From Neodothiora populina (taxonomy: Eukaryota), in the NCBI RefSeq assembly GCF_041146345.1, contig NW_027191405.1, positions 1,364,001-1,428,000 on the forward strand: a stretch of DNA of 64,000 nt, written 5' to 3'. The position numbers were made by a program, and so were the translations under genes. This document shows, piece after piece, positions 1 through 11,494 of the stretch. How positions within the stretch are numbered: position 1 is the stretch's first letter; each line of letters starts with the position of its first letter. The notes under the pieces are model-generated. The model was not told the origin of the DNA, made no database searches, and saw nothing but the letters and a program-made list of their open reading frames with translations.

Positions 1-874
1 CGCCTTGTACCCCGCAGCTACTGCAAATCGATCTAGGTACCTACCTAGACAAGAACATTCGATTGGCGACTGCAACCAGTGTACAAATGATAAGGTATTG
101 TAGCTCGGAGAAAATGCCATGACTTGGCATCGATCGACCGTTGATTCTCCACCAGCGGACTATTCCTCTATCTCTGTCAGCCACGCCTATCACGCGGCAT
201 CTTGCGTGTTTTCTTGTTTAATTCGCGACGCTGAACCGTCTGTCGTGTTTCGTGTTTCGTGTTTAGACCCTGATCTTGTAACTCCTTGGCCTTCTGGTTG
301 TCTTTCTTGCGGCGACGACCTTCGCGCACTCATCGGCACTGATAGCTGGGGATACCGAAGATGTCATATGCGCGATATTACCTGTAATTATCTCTCACAC
401 GTTTCAGTATTCTGTGGCATCGCAGGGCTCGAAAGCAATGACTGGTCGCAGTCTTATCGCAATGGCGCAGCGCCGTTGCATGTTTTGGCAGATTAATGTT
501 GATCGGCTCGTTGAAATGTCAACAGCGCGCGATCGTACGCGACCTTACTAACGTCCGGGAAGCAAGGCGTGACCACGAACACAACGCGGGTCACATGACT
601 GGGACGTGGAAGTCAAAGCAACCTGGAAGACATTGAAACATATCTATGTATAGGTACCAATATTGAGATTGCAGCAATATGGCTTGCACAATGTTCATCA
701 TTGAGCAGTAATTGGACAAACAGCAGACGACTTTCACATTACAGATTCGTCCATTTCTCCTCTCCATCGACAGAGGAATCGTGAAGATCGCATCAAAAGT
801 GCTATGATCGCAGTGCATTTTATGTATACTTTAGGTACATAAAGTCACTAATCGCAGATACGACTGGTCAGCAT

Positions 875-1840
875 TCACGCTTTCCTGCTCTTAGGATCTT
901 GCCAAGTGAAGGCTGGTTTGAAATCCAACTCCTTCTTTGCCTTCTCGATCGACAGCAAAGTGTCGTTCGGTCCAGTTGTCTTGTTGTACTTGACATCAGG
1001 GAAGCAAGCCTTGACAAGCTCGTCGTTCGGCTTCTTCATGCAAGTATCCGGAGCGGCGATCAAGTACTGATGATGTCCCTTCCTAGTGCTGGCCAAAGAC
1101 TTCGATACAGCCTGGCCGCCATCTCTAGCATCGATGTAACCCCAGCAGTTCCAGTATCTCAATTTCGGGTCCTCCTGCCAGGCATCAAATGTCTCATACT
1201 CGTGGGGTAGCATGACGTTGCTGAATCGGAGCGAGATGATCTTGCACTCAGGGTCCCATCTCGCATACTGCTCAGCCAATGTCTCACCGACCAGCTTCGA
1301 GAGCGAGTAAGCGGATTCGGGCTTGCGCTCATGCTCCTCGGTGATGGGCAAAGACTCTGGCATATGCGGATCGAAAGGAATGCCAATCAGAGTCTCTGAA
1401 GACGCAAGAACGATGTTCTTGATCTTGAGTTTGCGACATGCTTCTAGCACGTTGTAGGTGCTCATGGTGTTGGTTCTGAATTGACGACTGCTGTTCGTCT
1501 GGCCCGGTGAGGGAATAGCAGCAAGGTGGACTACGGCATCAATTCCACTATAGGCCATGTCCGTCGAGATGAAAGTCTCCAGCACAGCTCCCATGTCTTC
1601 CAAGTCTATCTCGACCAATCGGTAAGCGCCACCAAGCCCGGACTTGCCATCCTCACTGATGCCAGGTGGGCGACGAGTATCCACCGAGATGACCTCCCAG
1701 CCTTCGTCTGCGAGGTATTTGACTGTAGAGCGTCCAAGCTTGCCACTACCACCTGTGACAATGACTCTGCGTGTGGGAGGGCCTCTCTTCGCTTCGCCCA
1801 AGGCGAGCTGGTCTGTGAAAGAGGACTGCTGACTGCTCAT
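875..1840 (-). CDS. NAD-dependent epimerase/dehydratase (extended SDR, UDP-glucose 4-epimerase-like)
   Basis: Single-exon ORF with Rossmann motif VTGGSGKLG, VVHLAAIP and catalytic YSLSK (YxxxK). Start placed at MSSQQ (ATG 1840) rather than the ORF track's upstream start. Confidence 0.85.
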   Translation of the reverse strand: MSSQQSSFTDQLALGEAKRGPPTRRVIVTGGSGKLGRSTVKYLADEGWEVISVDTRRPPGISEDGKSGLGGAYRLVEIDLEDMGAVLETFISTDMAYSGIDAVVHLAAIPSPGQTNSSRQFRTNTMSTYNVLEACRKLKIKNIVLASSETLIGIPFDPHMPESLPITEEHERKPESAYSLSKLVGETLAEQYARWDPECKIISLRFSNVMLPHEYETFDAWQEDPKLRYWNCWGYIDARDGGQAVSKSLASTRKGHHQYLIAAPDTCMKKPNDELVKACFPDVKYNKTTGPNDTLLSIEKAKKELDFKPAFTWQDPKSRKA

Positions 1841-2717
1841 TTTGAATGGATATCCTTGAAATCTTGCAATATGAGGTGCGATGGTAAGCAAACCAGGTGT
1901 TTGAATGCGAAAAGCTGCCGGCCTATGAATGGATATATACCACAACAATTTTCATCCATTACCTTAACATTGCGATGGGTGGGGAAGCCCATTATGTCAT
2001 GGAATGCCTGCTGTCCCGCTCTCTTCTACCGTACAGGTTTATCCATCCCATCTTTCTGCTGCTTCCCCGGTTCACAGCCAACATATGGTCGTCATCAAGC
2101 TTTTGTGGAGGTGATGGCCCGCCAATGAATATGTCGATCGGAGTGGACTTCCATTGTGGGGGGGCATCTTGCCCCACTTACTTGATGGGGAAGGTCGATC
2201 TGAGCTCCATCCAATTCGACTTTGGCCTGTCACCAATTGTCATAACATTTTGTACACCAAAAGGGTGAAACTTGCCTTCATCTGCATGCAAAGATATCAA
2301 GAGCACAAGTATTTCCTTCCGGTGCGTAAGGTAACACAACTTGTTCATTCGCTGGGTTTGGTAGACCTTCGGCACAAGGAACACTTCTCGAAGCTTTGTC
2401 GCTAATGATGTTCTTTCGTGCCGATCTGATCTTGTATTCGCTAACATACTGTGTCTTCCATGAAACGGTTACGTAGACCCCACAGACATCTCGCATGGCA
2501 ATGTATCCATTATTCACCGAGTCGGTTTGTATGATATGACAAGGTGCTATTGCTTCCCTAGTGAGATATACCTCGCGCCAAGGGTATGTTCTATATTCAA
2601 GGTATTCACGCTTGCGACAACAGAAATATGAAGCAACATCCCTAAAGGAAGTGGGGATCGTCTCGCTTTATGCAAGTTACGGCCAAGCAGGTCCTGCAGG
2701 TTCTACTCGAGTCTTTC

Positions 2718-3387
2718 TCAAGCTGTGCATACCGTCGAAATCGAGGTACCAGTTGGAGACGTAACCGTCTTCCCGCAGACCACCATCTGCAGTCATGTCA
2801 GTAAGGATACTGTCAAAGAATATATATGTCGATGCACATAGTACGCGTTACATACCGGTCCTCGACCACCGGCGTTCGAAATTGTACAGCCAGGATAACC
2901 ACCACAGTTTGCTGCAGAGTACGAAGTAACCATGGTGCTGTAGAAGGTACAGGTCGCTGAGCTTGCCGGACCAGGAGCTAGGAAGGTTGTCTTCGTGCAC
3001 GTCGGACTCGGTACGCAAGCCAGCTTTGAAGAAGTGAAAGTGCCTGGCTGGGTTGCCGTGCTCGCACAACCCTGGATAGACCCGTCAGTATAAATCCATA
3101 TCTGCACACAATAGGAGGACATTGTTAATTACCGGCCCTCGCAAGCTAAATGTAGAAATAGTGCATCCGCCACAATCTGTGTAAGAGGCCTGCGTTACGG
3201 TGCTTGAGAACTGAGTGCAGCTATTGACGGCATTAAAGACAGTCAAGGCACAAGTGGTTGTCGTCGCAGCTTGTGGAAGCCTGATGTAGTGTTAGCTTGG
3301 GGCATATCTGGTCGCCGTCGTCTCAACTTACGCCAAGCACAAGTTAAGGAAGGAGAAGAGCAAAACAAGACAAGAGTATGCAGCCAT
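2718..3387 (-). CDS. Small secreted Cys/Thr-rich protein (162 aa, 4 exons, two 6-Cys repeats); effector-like
   Basis: Manually spliced exons 3387-3332, 3280-3133, 3071-2856 and 2786-2718. Introns are GT-AG (51, 61 and 69 nt) with CTAAC/CTGAC branch points, and the frame stays open throughout. Signal-peptide-like N-terminus MAAYSCLVLLFSFLNLCLA; 12 Cys in the mature part. Confidence 0.8.
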
Positions 3388-5847
3388 ACTGAATCACAAA
3401 TGGAAGAGAGGTTTCTAGATGCAGTGGAATGGGATGCCGGTGCAAAGGTAGGTGCTTTCTTGATCTTGTTGAGGTTCAAGATGGACTTATATAGTGCAGA
3501 GAGCCATGAATCTCTTCGAGGAAGGAACACATTCCAATCCCGAGTCAACGCTAGCGTCACTGCATGTCCAATGAATGTAACATTGACATTCTTCTTGTCT
3601 AAAGTAGGGCACCTTACTTCCCCTCGATACTCCTCTGGTGCATCGCTGCGGCTACCTTGAGATTCATCTCTAAGCGAAGGCCTCACCCCTGAGCAATGCG
3701 GTTATCCATCCCAGTTGTGCAATGAGCGTTTTTCCTGTCGTCACGGCGAAGCGTGCCATTGCCTCGACATGTTGGCTATCCCGTATAGCAACTGGTTCGT
3801 CCCAAGCATGTGGTAGTGTACAGAGCTATCCCAGGCATAGAGCACCTCACTATCAGGCCGTGGCCGCTGATGTTTAACGTTGTTCAAGCTCCTTCGTCGG
3901 ATAATCCGGCTTTAGCGAGAACGTTCCGTGAAGCGGTTGATATATGACTCAAACCACACTGTCTAAGCATCCACGTGAAAGGCGGGATCCATCTCGCTAC
4001 ACAAAATCTGATCTTGTGGATCTTTACAGTCGCAGGCTAGTCAGCTTTGATCAAGCTAGACATGCACAGTCTCATGTCGCCTACGACGTACCTCCATCGG
4101 TATCGTGTAGAGTATCTACAAAATGGCGGCCTGCAGTCGTCAAGCTTTCGACACAACACCTGTGAAGGAGGCATTGGTTCATGCAACGCTCCGCCAGACG
4201 CTGGCTCCACTTTAAACAATGGCTATCGAACTATATGCGCAATGGCCCCGGAATCCACCATTATACTGCTTGCTTCTCCAGCCGTGATATTTGGGGAAGG
4301 ACCAGTCGTGATATAGTTTAAACAGAGGACTCAGTTGGAACTACTTCATTCGTTCTATGAATCTGCAGATCTATGGGCCGTACATATCGGAGATCTCGGA
4401 TCCAAGTCAAGCGCTTTGGAGGATTCTAACAACAGAACGCCTTAGCGCTAAGATTGGAACGTACTTGCATGAGATCGATAGTTCAGGAAGCGATCTGCCT
4501 GTTACTCGACCCGGTCCGCCGGACCCCGAATAAGCACATGAATCTAGGGCCTCTCCTGTTGCAGTGAATAAGCCTTGACTGTGCCAGCATCGGCGTCTTA
4601 TCCTATGGGGGCACTCTGGATGAGCAGATGCTTGCGTGCGTATGCCAACTGAGCACATTATCCACGGCGAGCCGTCTTCAATTTCCACCATCTGTCTACA
4701 ATGTTATATGCCCGTGGGTCTTTCCGACTCTAGCTATGAATCGCGTTGAAGTGGCCCTTTAGCTGCAAGCAAGCCGCAATTATGTCTGGACGACCACTTT
4801 CCAGGTAGACGCTATCGATGTGGGTCCTCGATCCTGATGGCATCTGGAGAGGCAGGGACTGGATTCGCCGAGCCGTGATCTGGAAAGACTGCTAGATAAT
4901 TCAAGGGAGCCCGTTTTGCCTTGGGTTGAACGGCGTGGCATAAGAGTGGGTATAAGGACCCGTGCTGCGTTTAGTAGCTTCCTCACAACATGAAAGGAGA
5001 TATGTCGCATGCAATAGTATCGGACCTTGAGTTTCTAGTCGCGTACCTAGGAGCAGGCTGGTACTGTGTGAGTAACGAGGGAGTAGGAGACTCAAGTTCT
5101 TCTTGGTAAGACCATGATGAGATGATCGAGGATCAAGCAACAGCTTTTGCTCAACAGGTCCAGGCAAAAGCCGATCTGAGCAGACCATCAGACGACATGA
5201 TTGGCAAACAATCAGCAAGGGGTGTTGTACAACAGTGACTGTAGCCGCAAAGCCCTTGACTCGGTACCAACGTGGCTTTCTGCAACGTTGGGAATGGATC
5301 GTGAACCACAGTGGCTGTGATATCAGCAGACCACGCAGCCGTGTAAGCCCAGGCATATGATGGCTCCAGACGTCATCTTCCACCGCTTTTCCTGGAGATG
5401 TTCGGGAATCATAATCACAGCAACATGATAACGAATATCCATCACCTAGGCAAAATTCAGCATAGGCACGTCCAGCAGCCAGAGTCAGCCGCCGTCTCTG
5501 ACCTCATGAGATCGATCACTGTTCTCAATACATCAAGGTGGAAAGTTCAAGGTTGAGACTGCCTCAATGGACACGAATGATGAACGCTAGCAGTCATCTA
5601 TATAAAGCAGAACCATTGCAAGATTGTCGAGCACATACCGTCGTTTACTCGACATTCTCCAATCAGCGAGTGTGGATAATCATCAAAGTCGCATTTTACC
5701 GCGCCCGCACCAAGGTAACGACCGAATCACTATCGCCAACTACCTTCAGCTCGTCATGCCTCTTTTTCGAGATCCAGAACATCCTAGCCCCTCAAATCCA
5801 ACGCCATGAACACACTCTGATTTCACTCAGTCACTAAAACAAAAGTC

Positions 5848-6501
5848 TTACACAGTCTTGCACTGGGAAGCCGTATCGACGGTGGTGCAGTCAATGTCGG
5901 CGCATGCGTTCTCCCTTGGAACGCTAAGCAGCACCTGGTCCGCAATACCGCTGTCTGTGGCGCTGTCTTCGAATACGACGTCAACGTCCGGCAACACATT
6001 GCAGCATCTGAAGGTATTGATATCATCGACGGCACTCTGCACGGCCATCGTGTTTGTTGGGTCGGCAATGATGGTATCGAGGTTATCGAGGACATGAGTC
6101 TGGAAGACGTTTCCGAGGTCTGCGATAGCACATTCGAATCCAGCCGTCAGGGCACCTTCAGTCGCCTCGGTGGTACTGTTCAAAATTGCGAGCTGGCAAG
6201 GCTCGTCGCTTGCAAAACTCTTGACGTTTGTAGTGGCGGTGCCCAGAGCATCCGCCATACCGATGATGTCGGAGACAGTGTCGAGATAGTTGTTGACTGC
6301 AGTAACGTCGCTGAGCCACTGGTTGATGCTGGACTTGATCTGGTCGGTGGATGCGGCTGTCACGGTGTCCAGAATGCAGGTCGTGGATTGTCTCTTGGCG
6401 GGTGGCAATCCGTTGGAATATGCATGTCTTTTGCTTGGAGCTGCTGCCGTGAGCACGCTCATGCAGAGGACAACGACCGAGGCGTAAATGGCCGACTTCA
6501 T
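5848..6501 (-). CDS. Secreted protein of unknown function (217 aa) with Kex2-type KR propeptide sites
   Basis: Hydrophobic signal peptide MKSAIYASVVVLCMSVLTAA, then PSKR and PAKR dibasic sites, 8 Cys in the mature part, acidic composition. Confidence 0.8.
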   Translation of the reverse strand: MKSAIYASVVVLCMSVLTAAAPSKRHAYSNGLPPAKRQSTTCILDTVTAASTDQIKSSINQWLSDVTAVNNYLDTVSDIIGMADALGTATTNVKSFASDEPCQLAILNSTTEATEGALTAGFECAIADLGNVFQTHVLDNLDTIIADPTNTMAVQSAVDDINTFRCCNVLPDVDVVFEDSATDSGIADQVLLSVPRENACADIDCTTVDTASQCKTV

Positions 6502-6890
6502 TGTGATTTACTGGAAGGCGGGAATGTGCTTGAGCAGAAGGATAGTAAGAGGGGTAAGTTGCTGAGTCGAATCGATACTATCTGTCGAGCTTGTGCCGAA
6601 AGATATATGTGGCAAGAAAGGAAGATGTTGGTCGAAGACGGTAAGTTAGTTCTCAAGCTCGAAGTGTGATGCTGTGTAGAAAGAAGTCGATGTTCAGCAT
6701 CGAACACAGTCTTATGTCTCATCACCTCTCAGTTCCATCTTGTGTTCTGCATCCAGACCATCTTGATATAAAACAGGCTAGAGCAGATCTACAGAACAAA
6801 CCCTACCAAATCCTCCATAATCTCGTACCAGCAACAGAAATAAGCAGCACAGCATCTGGGAGCCAGAATAGAGAGATGTCTTCGTACACC

Positions 6891-6914
6891 CAACAACAAC
6901 AACAACAACAACAA
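6891..6914. repeat. (CAA)8 microsatellite
   Basis: Read directly from the sequence. Confidence 0.9.
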
Positions 6915-7934
6915 ACACAGCCTTTCAGAAACACAACCTGTATGACTTCGAGGACACTAAGCGAGTAGTACAGCGCAAAGGGATACCGAGCCAAAGAAGA
7001 CCCAGTATATAAATATGTCTTTCCCAGAGCAGACAAGTGCTGATCCAAATGCTTACCTTTTTACACATATTACAGCGAATGGGAAAAGAGCTTACATATT
7101 GTGCATAAAATAGTACACTAAATACAGTGATACTTTACTGCTGATACCTGTGTATACACAGCATGTCATGGGTCCCCTACCTGCCTTATTGTAGCTGTAG
7201 CGACTGGGCGTTGCTAGCATAAGCGAGCGGTCACTGGCTCCTGTGAGACGACACTACTCCCACAGCGAGTGGACAGTCCATGCTGAGCTAGCTACAAATA
7301 GTCAAAACCGCGATAGTTGAATGAAGCCACTTACATTACGTACCGGCTACGCGTTATGTTGGTCACGTATCGTTCCTACTCCTCCTTCCTCTTCCATTCC
7401 ACCATTATTAGTAGATCCTGCCTGCGAGAACCCAGGACAAGGTATCAAGTAAAGCGCACAAACAAACAAGACCAACGAGAACTCCGTGAGAGCAACATAG
7501 ACATGAAAAGTTAAGTCGTCGTCATCGAACTCATCGTCGTCGTCGTCGTCGTCGCTGAAAAAACAACAGACCGCTGCAACACAGCGGCAGTAACCTCGCT
7601 GTCACGCGTCAAGCTCCACAATAGCGAGTCGTTTGTCATTTGCAGGATACATCAGATGATTAACGCAATAAGCGCACTGCCCATGCAGGTATGTTGTCGT
7701 GTGGAAGTACGTGTCTTAACACTGGCTGCTAAGTACCGAGTCCAAGGAAGAATCGTGAAATGCTTAGATGAGTCGGCGTTGTAACGTGACGTGTACAAGC
7801 CACTCCTAACTAGAAAAATCCGACAGCATTTTACTTAATTGTGTAAAATCAGTAAATCAGATAAAAGCAAGGTTTTATTCTCGAGGATTATGAGGGGGAG
7901 ATGGCAGTATGGTAAAGTAAGAGGGGAAAAAGAA

Positions 7935-8028
7935 CTCCTCCGCCTAGGCTTGAACTAGGAACCTCTCGATTGCGAGACTTTTGAGGGTCATAACAGTCGA
8001 ACGCGCTAGCCAATTGCGCCACGGGGGA
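7935..8028 (-). tRNA. tRNA-Asn(GTT) with 20-nt intron (7971-7990)
   Basis: Minus strand folds as a cloverleaf: TCCCCCG-TG-GCGC AATTGGCTA GCGC-G-TTCGA CT GTT A [intron] A TCGAG-AGGTT-CCTAG TTCAAGC CTAGG-CGGAGGA-G. It is followed by a TTCTTTTT Pol III terminator. Confidence 0.93.
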
Positions 8029-8234
8029 ATTATGAAGATAGTGTTTTAGCACCAAATATATAATCCAAACAATCCCATGTCATCTACAGAACAATCTGCG
8101 TATCACATCAGGATACCGCTATCACAACCGCAGTAAGTCATGGTATATCTCAAGAACATGCTGGGCACGCCTGAACAGTCCCGGGGATGATGTCTCTAAT
8201 TTGTAATATCTGCCAATCTGACTTCAAATATATG

Positions 8235-10628
8235 TTACAACGGTCCATAACTCCACCATTCATCGAATGCTCTCGCAGGACTTGCACCCATCATATCAGC
8301 CATGGACAACAAATCAGGCTGCACAATTCCATCCACAGGAGTCAATCTCGAAAAGGGCGGAGCCATTAGTGGATCCACTCGAGTCTGCAGTGGAGGGTCT
8401 GCAGCAGAGGGTACAAATCCCGTATTCGCGCTAGTATCGGCAATGGCTGGGTGTACCGGTTGCAATGTCTGCTCGTCACGTCTCGGGCCCATTGTCTCTG
8501 CGAAGATGGTTTCTGGCGCCGGCTCCGCTTCTTTGGCGGCGTCAAAGAGCAACACTCGCCATATCAAAGCTTCGCGAGCTGCTTCGGTTTGGGGGGTCGT
8601 TACCGAAGCAGTCCGCGCTTGCGCTTTCTCGATTTGCTCGAGACCCCGCAACAGCTCTGACTATGCATTATATCAGTCTTCTGATTGATCTCATTTCTCT
8701 TGGTATTACGTACAACTTTGGACAAGATTGGCCAGCGGCTTGACAGCGACTGCATTACCTCCTTGGCTCGTATGAGTCCTGCTTCTGCCACTCCGCTGAT
8801 GGGCGAGCCATCTGCAAGTGAGAATTGAAGGAATACAGTAGCGGCTATGGCTGTGCAAAAGCCCAGAAATGGATCTGTGATCGCCAGGCACATTTCTTCC
8901 AACATATCAAAAATGCGCAGTATCCAGGTTGAGTGTAGCATGACTAGATCTGTGGTGGACTGGATGAATGTCCGCGGATAGCGTTCGCTTGTCCGAAGGC
9001 GAACCGACGTAGGTAAAGGATGATTGAGAAGAATCAGAATCGTGTGATAAGTGATTTGGCAGCTCAGCCAACTGCTCCAGTACGGCCAATTCTTCACTAC
9101 CGCTTCCCTGCTGGATCTACCTGGCTGAGCACGGTCGAATCGGTGTTCCAGTGGGATTCCTGATTCGAAATCGAAAAGCGCTGACATGATTCTGTTGTAC
9201 TCCGAGTCTTGATGCCACATTGAAGTAGTGCATTGGCCTTCTTTGGTGTTTTTCAGGTATTTCATCGACAAGCCCCAGATCTGATATAGTCGTGGAAGGT
9301 GTACCATGATCCCACTTTGTTGGTCAAATTCAGTCGAGCTACTTAAGAAGTTGCTCAGCATGCCGTGAGATTCAATGCCAGGACTCCGTGGGGGAGGACC
9401 AATGTACTCCAGCCCAAGAGACTGGAAGGAAAGATTGCACGGATTCATGATCTGCTCAAAGGACCATATGCTCCAGGCACATCGCCTTTGCTCCTCAGCA
9501 GAGATCGTTCCACACTTGACAGGATCCGCTACACTCAGCATAGCAAGGTTTGACAAAGTCTTTGCAATCTGTAGAGTCAGACAAGACCTTTGCATGCAGG
9601 AATCTGTCGCTCAACTTAGCTGAACTTCTTACAAATAATGTGACATGATGTCTTACTGGTGAGATCCAGGAATGCTAGGAGGACCAAGCCCTGGATCGTG
9701 GATAGACGCACAGAACCATCATGGACTTCTTTCATGAGGGATGCACGAGACTCTGTAGCGTAAGCATGAACTGGGAGAGGCAAATCCAATCGATCACCGA
9801 ACCTGGACGATAATGCTATGATGATGGCCAGTAATGCAGGATCTCTAGTCTCAAAATCATCCATGAGACTTGGGTGGAACAACAAAATCGGTTGTCCATT
9901 GCAATTATACATGAAGTTGTGCACCAGATACTTGAGGTCCTCGAGAGGTGGTAGTGCTCTTGGTTCCGGAGTTAAGTTTGGATCAAAGAGGGAGATAGAT
10001 GAGCAGGTCCTTACAATCGGGATGGCTGAGTACTCGTAGCTTGACCATCTATATGCGTCGGTATCGGACTTGCTACATAACTCCTAACATCATGACTTCG
10101 AGAAGGCGTTCCACCCGAGGCAGAGCTGACCACACTACGTTGTATTAATGCTTGTACAAAAGGGTTGGGCTTGTAAAGTCCTTGAATCTTACTGCGGTGA
10201 TTGTAGCAATTCTTCCAGCTTCGACTCCATCTGGGCTAGACGAGCGTTCTTCGAGAAAGCCAAATCAGCATGACATATTCGCGACTCTTCTGATATCTCT
10301 ACAACATCCTCTTGGATATGATAGTACATAATCGCTGCAGAACTTATCGATTGATGAGACACATACCATGCGACGCTCAATACTGACCGCTCTCTCAGCA
10401 GCAGGTCCATCGTCAGCATAAACGCACTGCTGATTCAATCTGACGCATTGAGAGCAGGCCGGCTTCTCGCCAGGGCAGCGTGATTTTTTGCGCCTTGCAC
10501 TGTCAATATTTCCCTCGCTCCAGATGAAAAGCGACTGAAAAGGTATAGTGTCGACATTACCTGCATGGCTCACAGGCTTGAAGGGCTCGCTTGAGTGCCC
10601 TTCGGCTACCCGAATCTGCCACGTCCAT
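8235..10628 (-). CDS. Zn(II)2Cys6 transcription factor with fungal-specific middle homology domain (multi-exon)
   Basis: MDVADSGSRRALKRALQACEPCR/RKKSRCPGEKPACSQCVRLNQQC spliced across a GT-AG intron. Downstream exons contain EEQRRCAWSIW and YHTILILLNHP. The 3' end is uncertain. Confidence 0.8.
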
Positions 10629-11171
10629 AGTTTACAGCTCGTCCTGTGGGCAGTATCAACCTCGAATCCACTGATAGTTGAGTATCTTGTGGATAGCGAT
10701 AATGATCGCTCTCTCTGATTGGATATGTATGGAGGAAGTCGAGAACGGCTTGACACGGGAGGCTTCCGACTCGCGGGAAGTTCAGAGAATTCGCGACACT
10801 TGCCGAACCATGCATGTACTCTACAGCAATTTTGCAAGCCGGTATGCCTGCGATTTCTGCTGGTCCTCTACTAGCATATCCTGCTATTATGACCATCAGA
10901 CTTAGTATCACTTACCGGACCGATTCACTACTCTATGTGCAGTGTGCGTGGAAGAAAACATATGATGAAAGTGGCGGCAGATCTGTCCAGGCCCAGTCTA
11001 CACTATTTCATCAAGCAATGTAAACACATCACAATTTCACCCAAAGCTGTACCGTTGCCGAGATATTTTGCGATATGTTTCTCTGTTAGAAGCGGCTCAA
11101 GGCGTGATCTTATTGACTATTAGAGTCGCTGAATCGCAATGTTACCGTACACTGTAGCATCACGGTTATAG

Positions 11172-11196
11172 CGGACACGGATACGGGCCGTGTCCG
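11172..11196. promoter_or_regulatory. CGG-rich inverted repeat; candidate Zn2Cys6 binding site
   Basis: CGGACACGG-N7-CCGTGTCCG, a perfect 9-bp inverted repeat in the divergent promoter between the TF and the decarboxylase. Confidence 0.5.
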
Positions 11197-11494
11197 TCCC
11201 CACTCATTTTCTTGAAGGAGGTCGGATGCTCACCCGATCATTATTTCAAAATACGTACAGCCTAATGAGAAGGTCTTTGACGATGCTGAGCATCGCGTTT
11301 CAGGATCTAGCTTCTATCTAGTGCTGATGACACGGAGACGGACCGGTTACCAGGTGTGGTGATATGATTGAGGATTCGTACATATATGAGCGCACTTGAC
11401 TGTCTTGCCTGACTCTTCTCACCAACTTTGCGAGCCAGAGTGCCATCAAACTCCACCTTATCATACTCGTCTACTCGAATTTTACCAGACAAAG

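Noticed and set aside
3700..5800. Short ORFs between the two secreted-protein genes
   Set aside because: No recognisable domains, consistent splice structure or transposon hallmarks.
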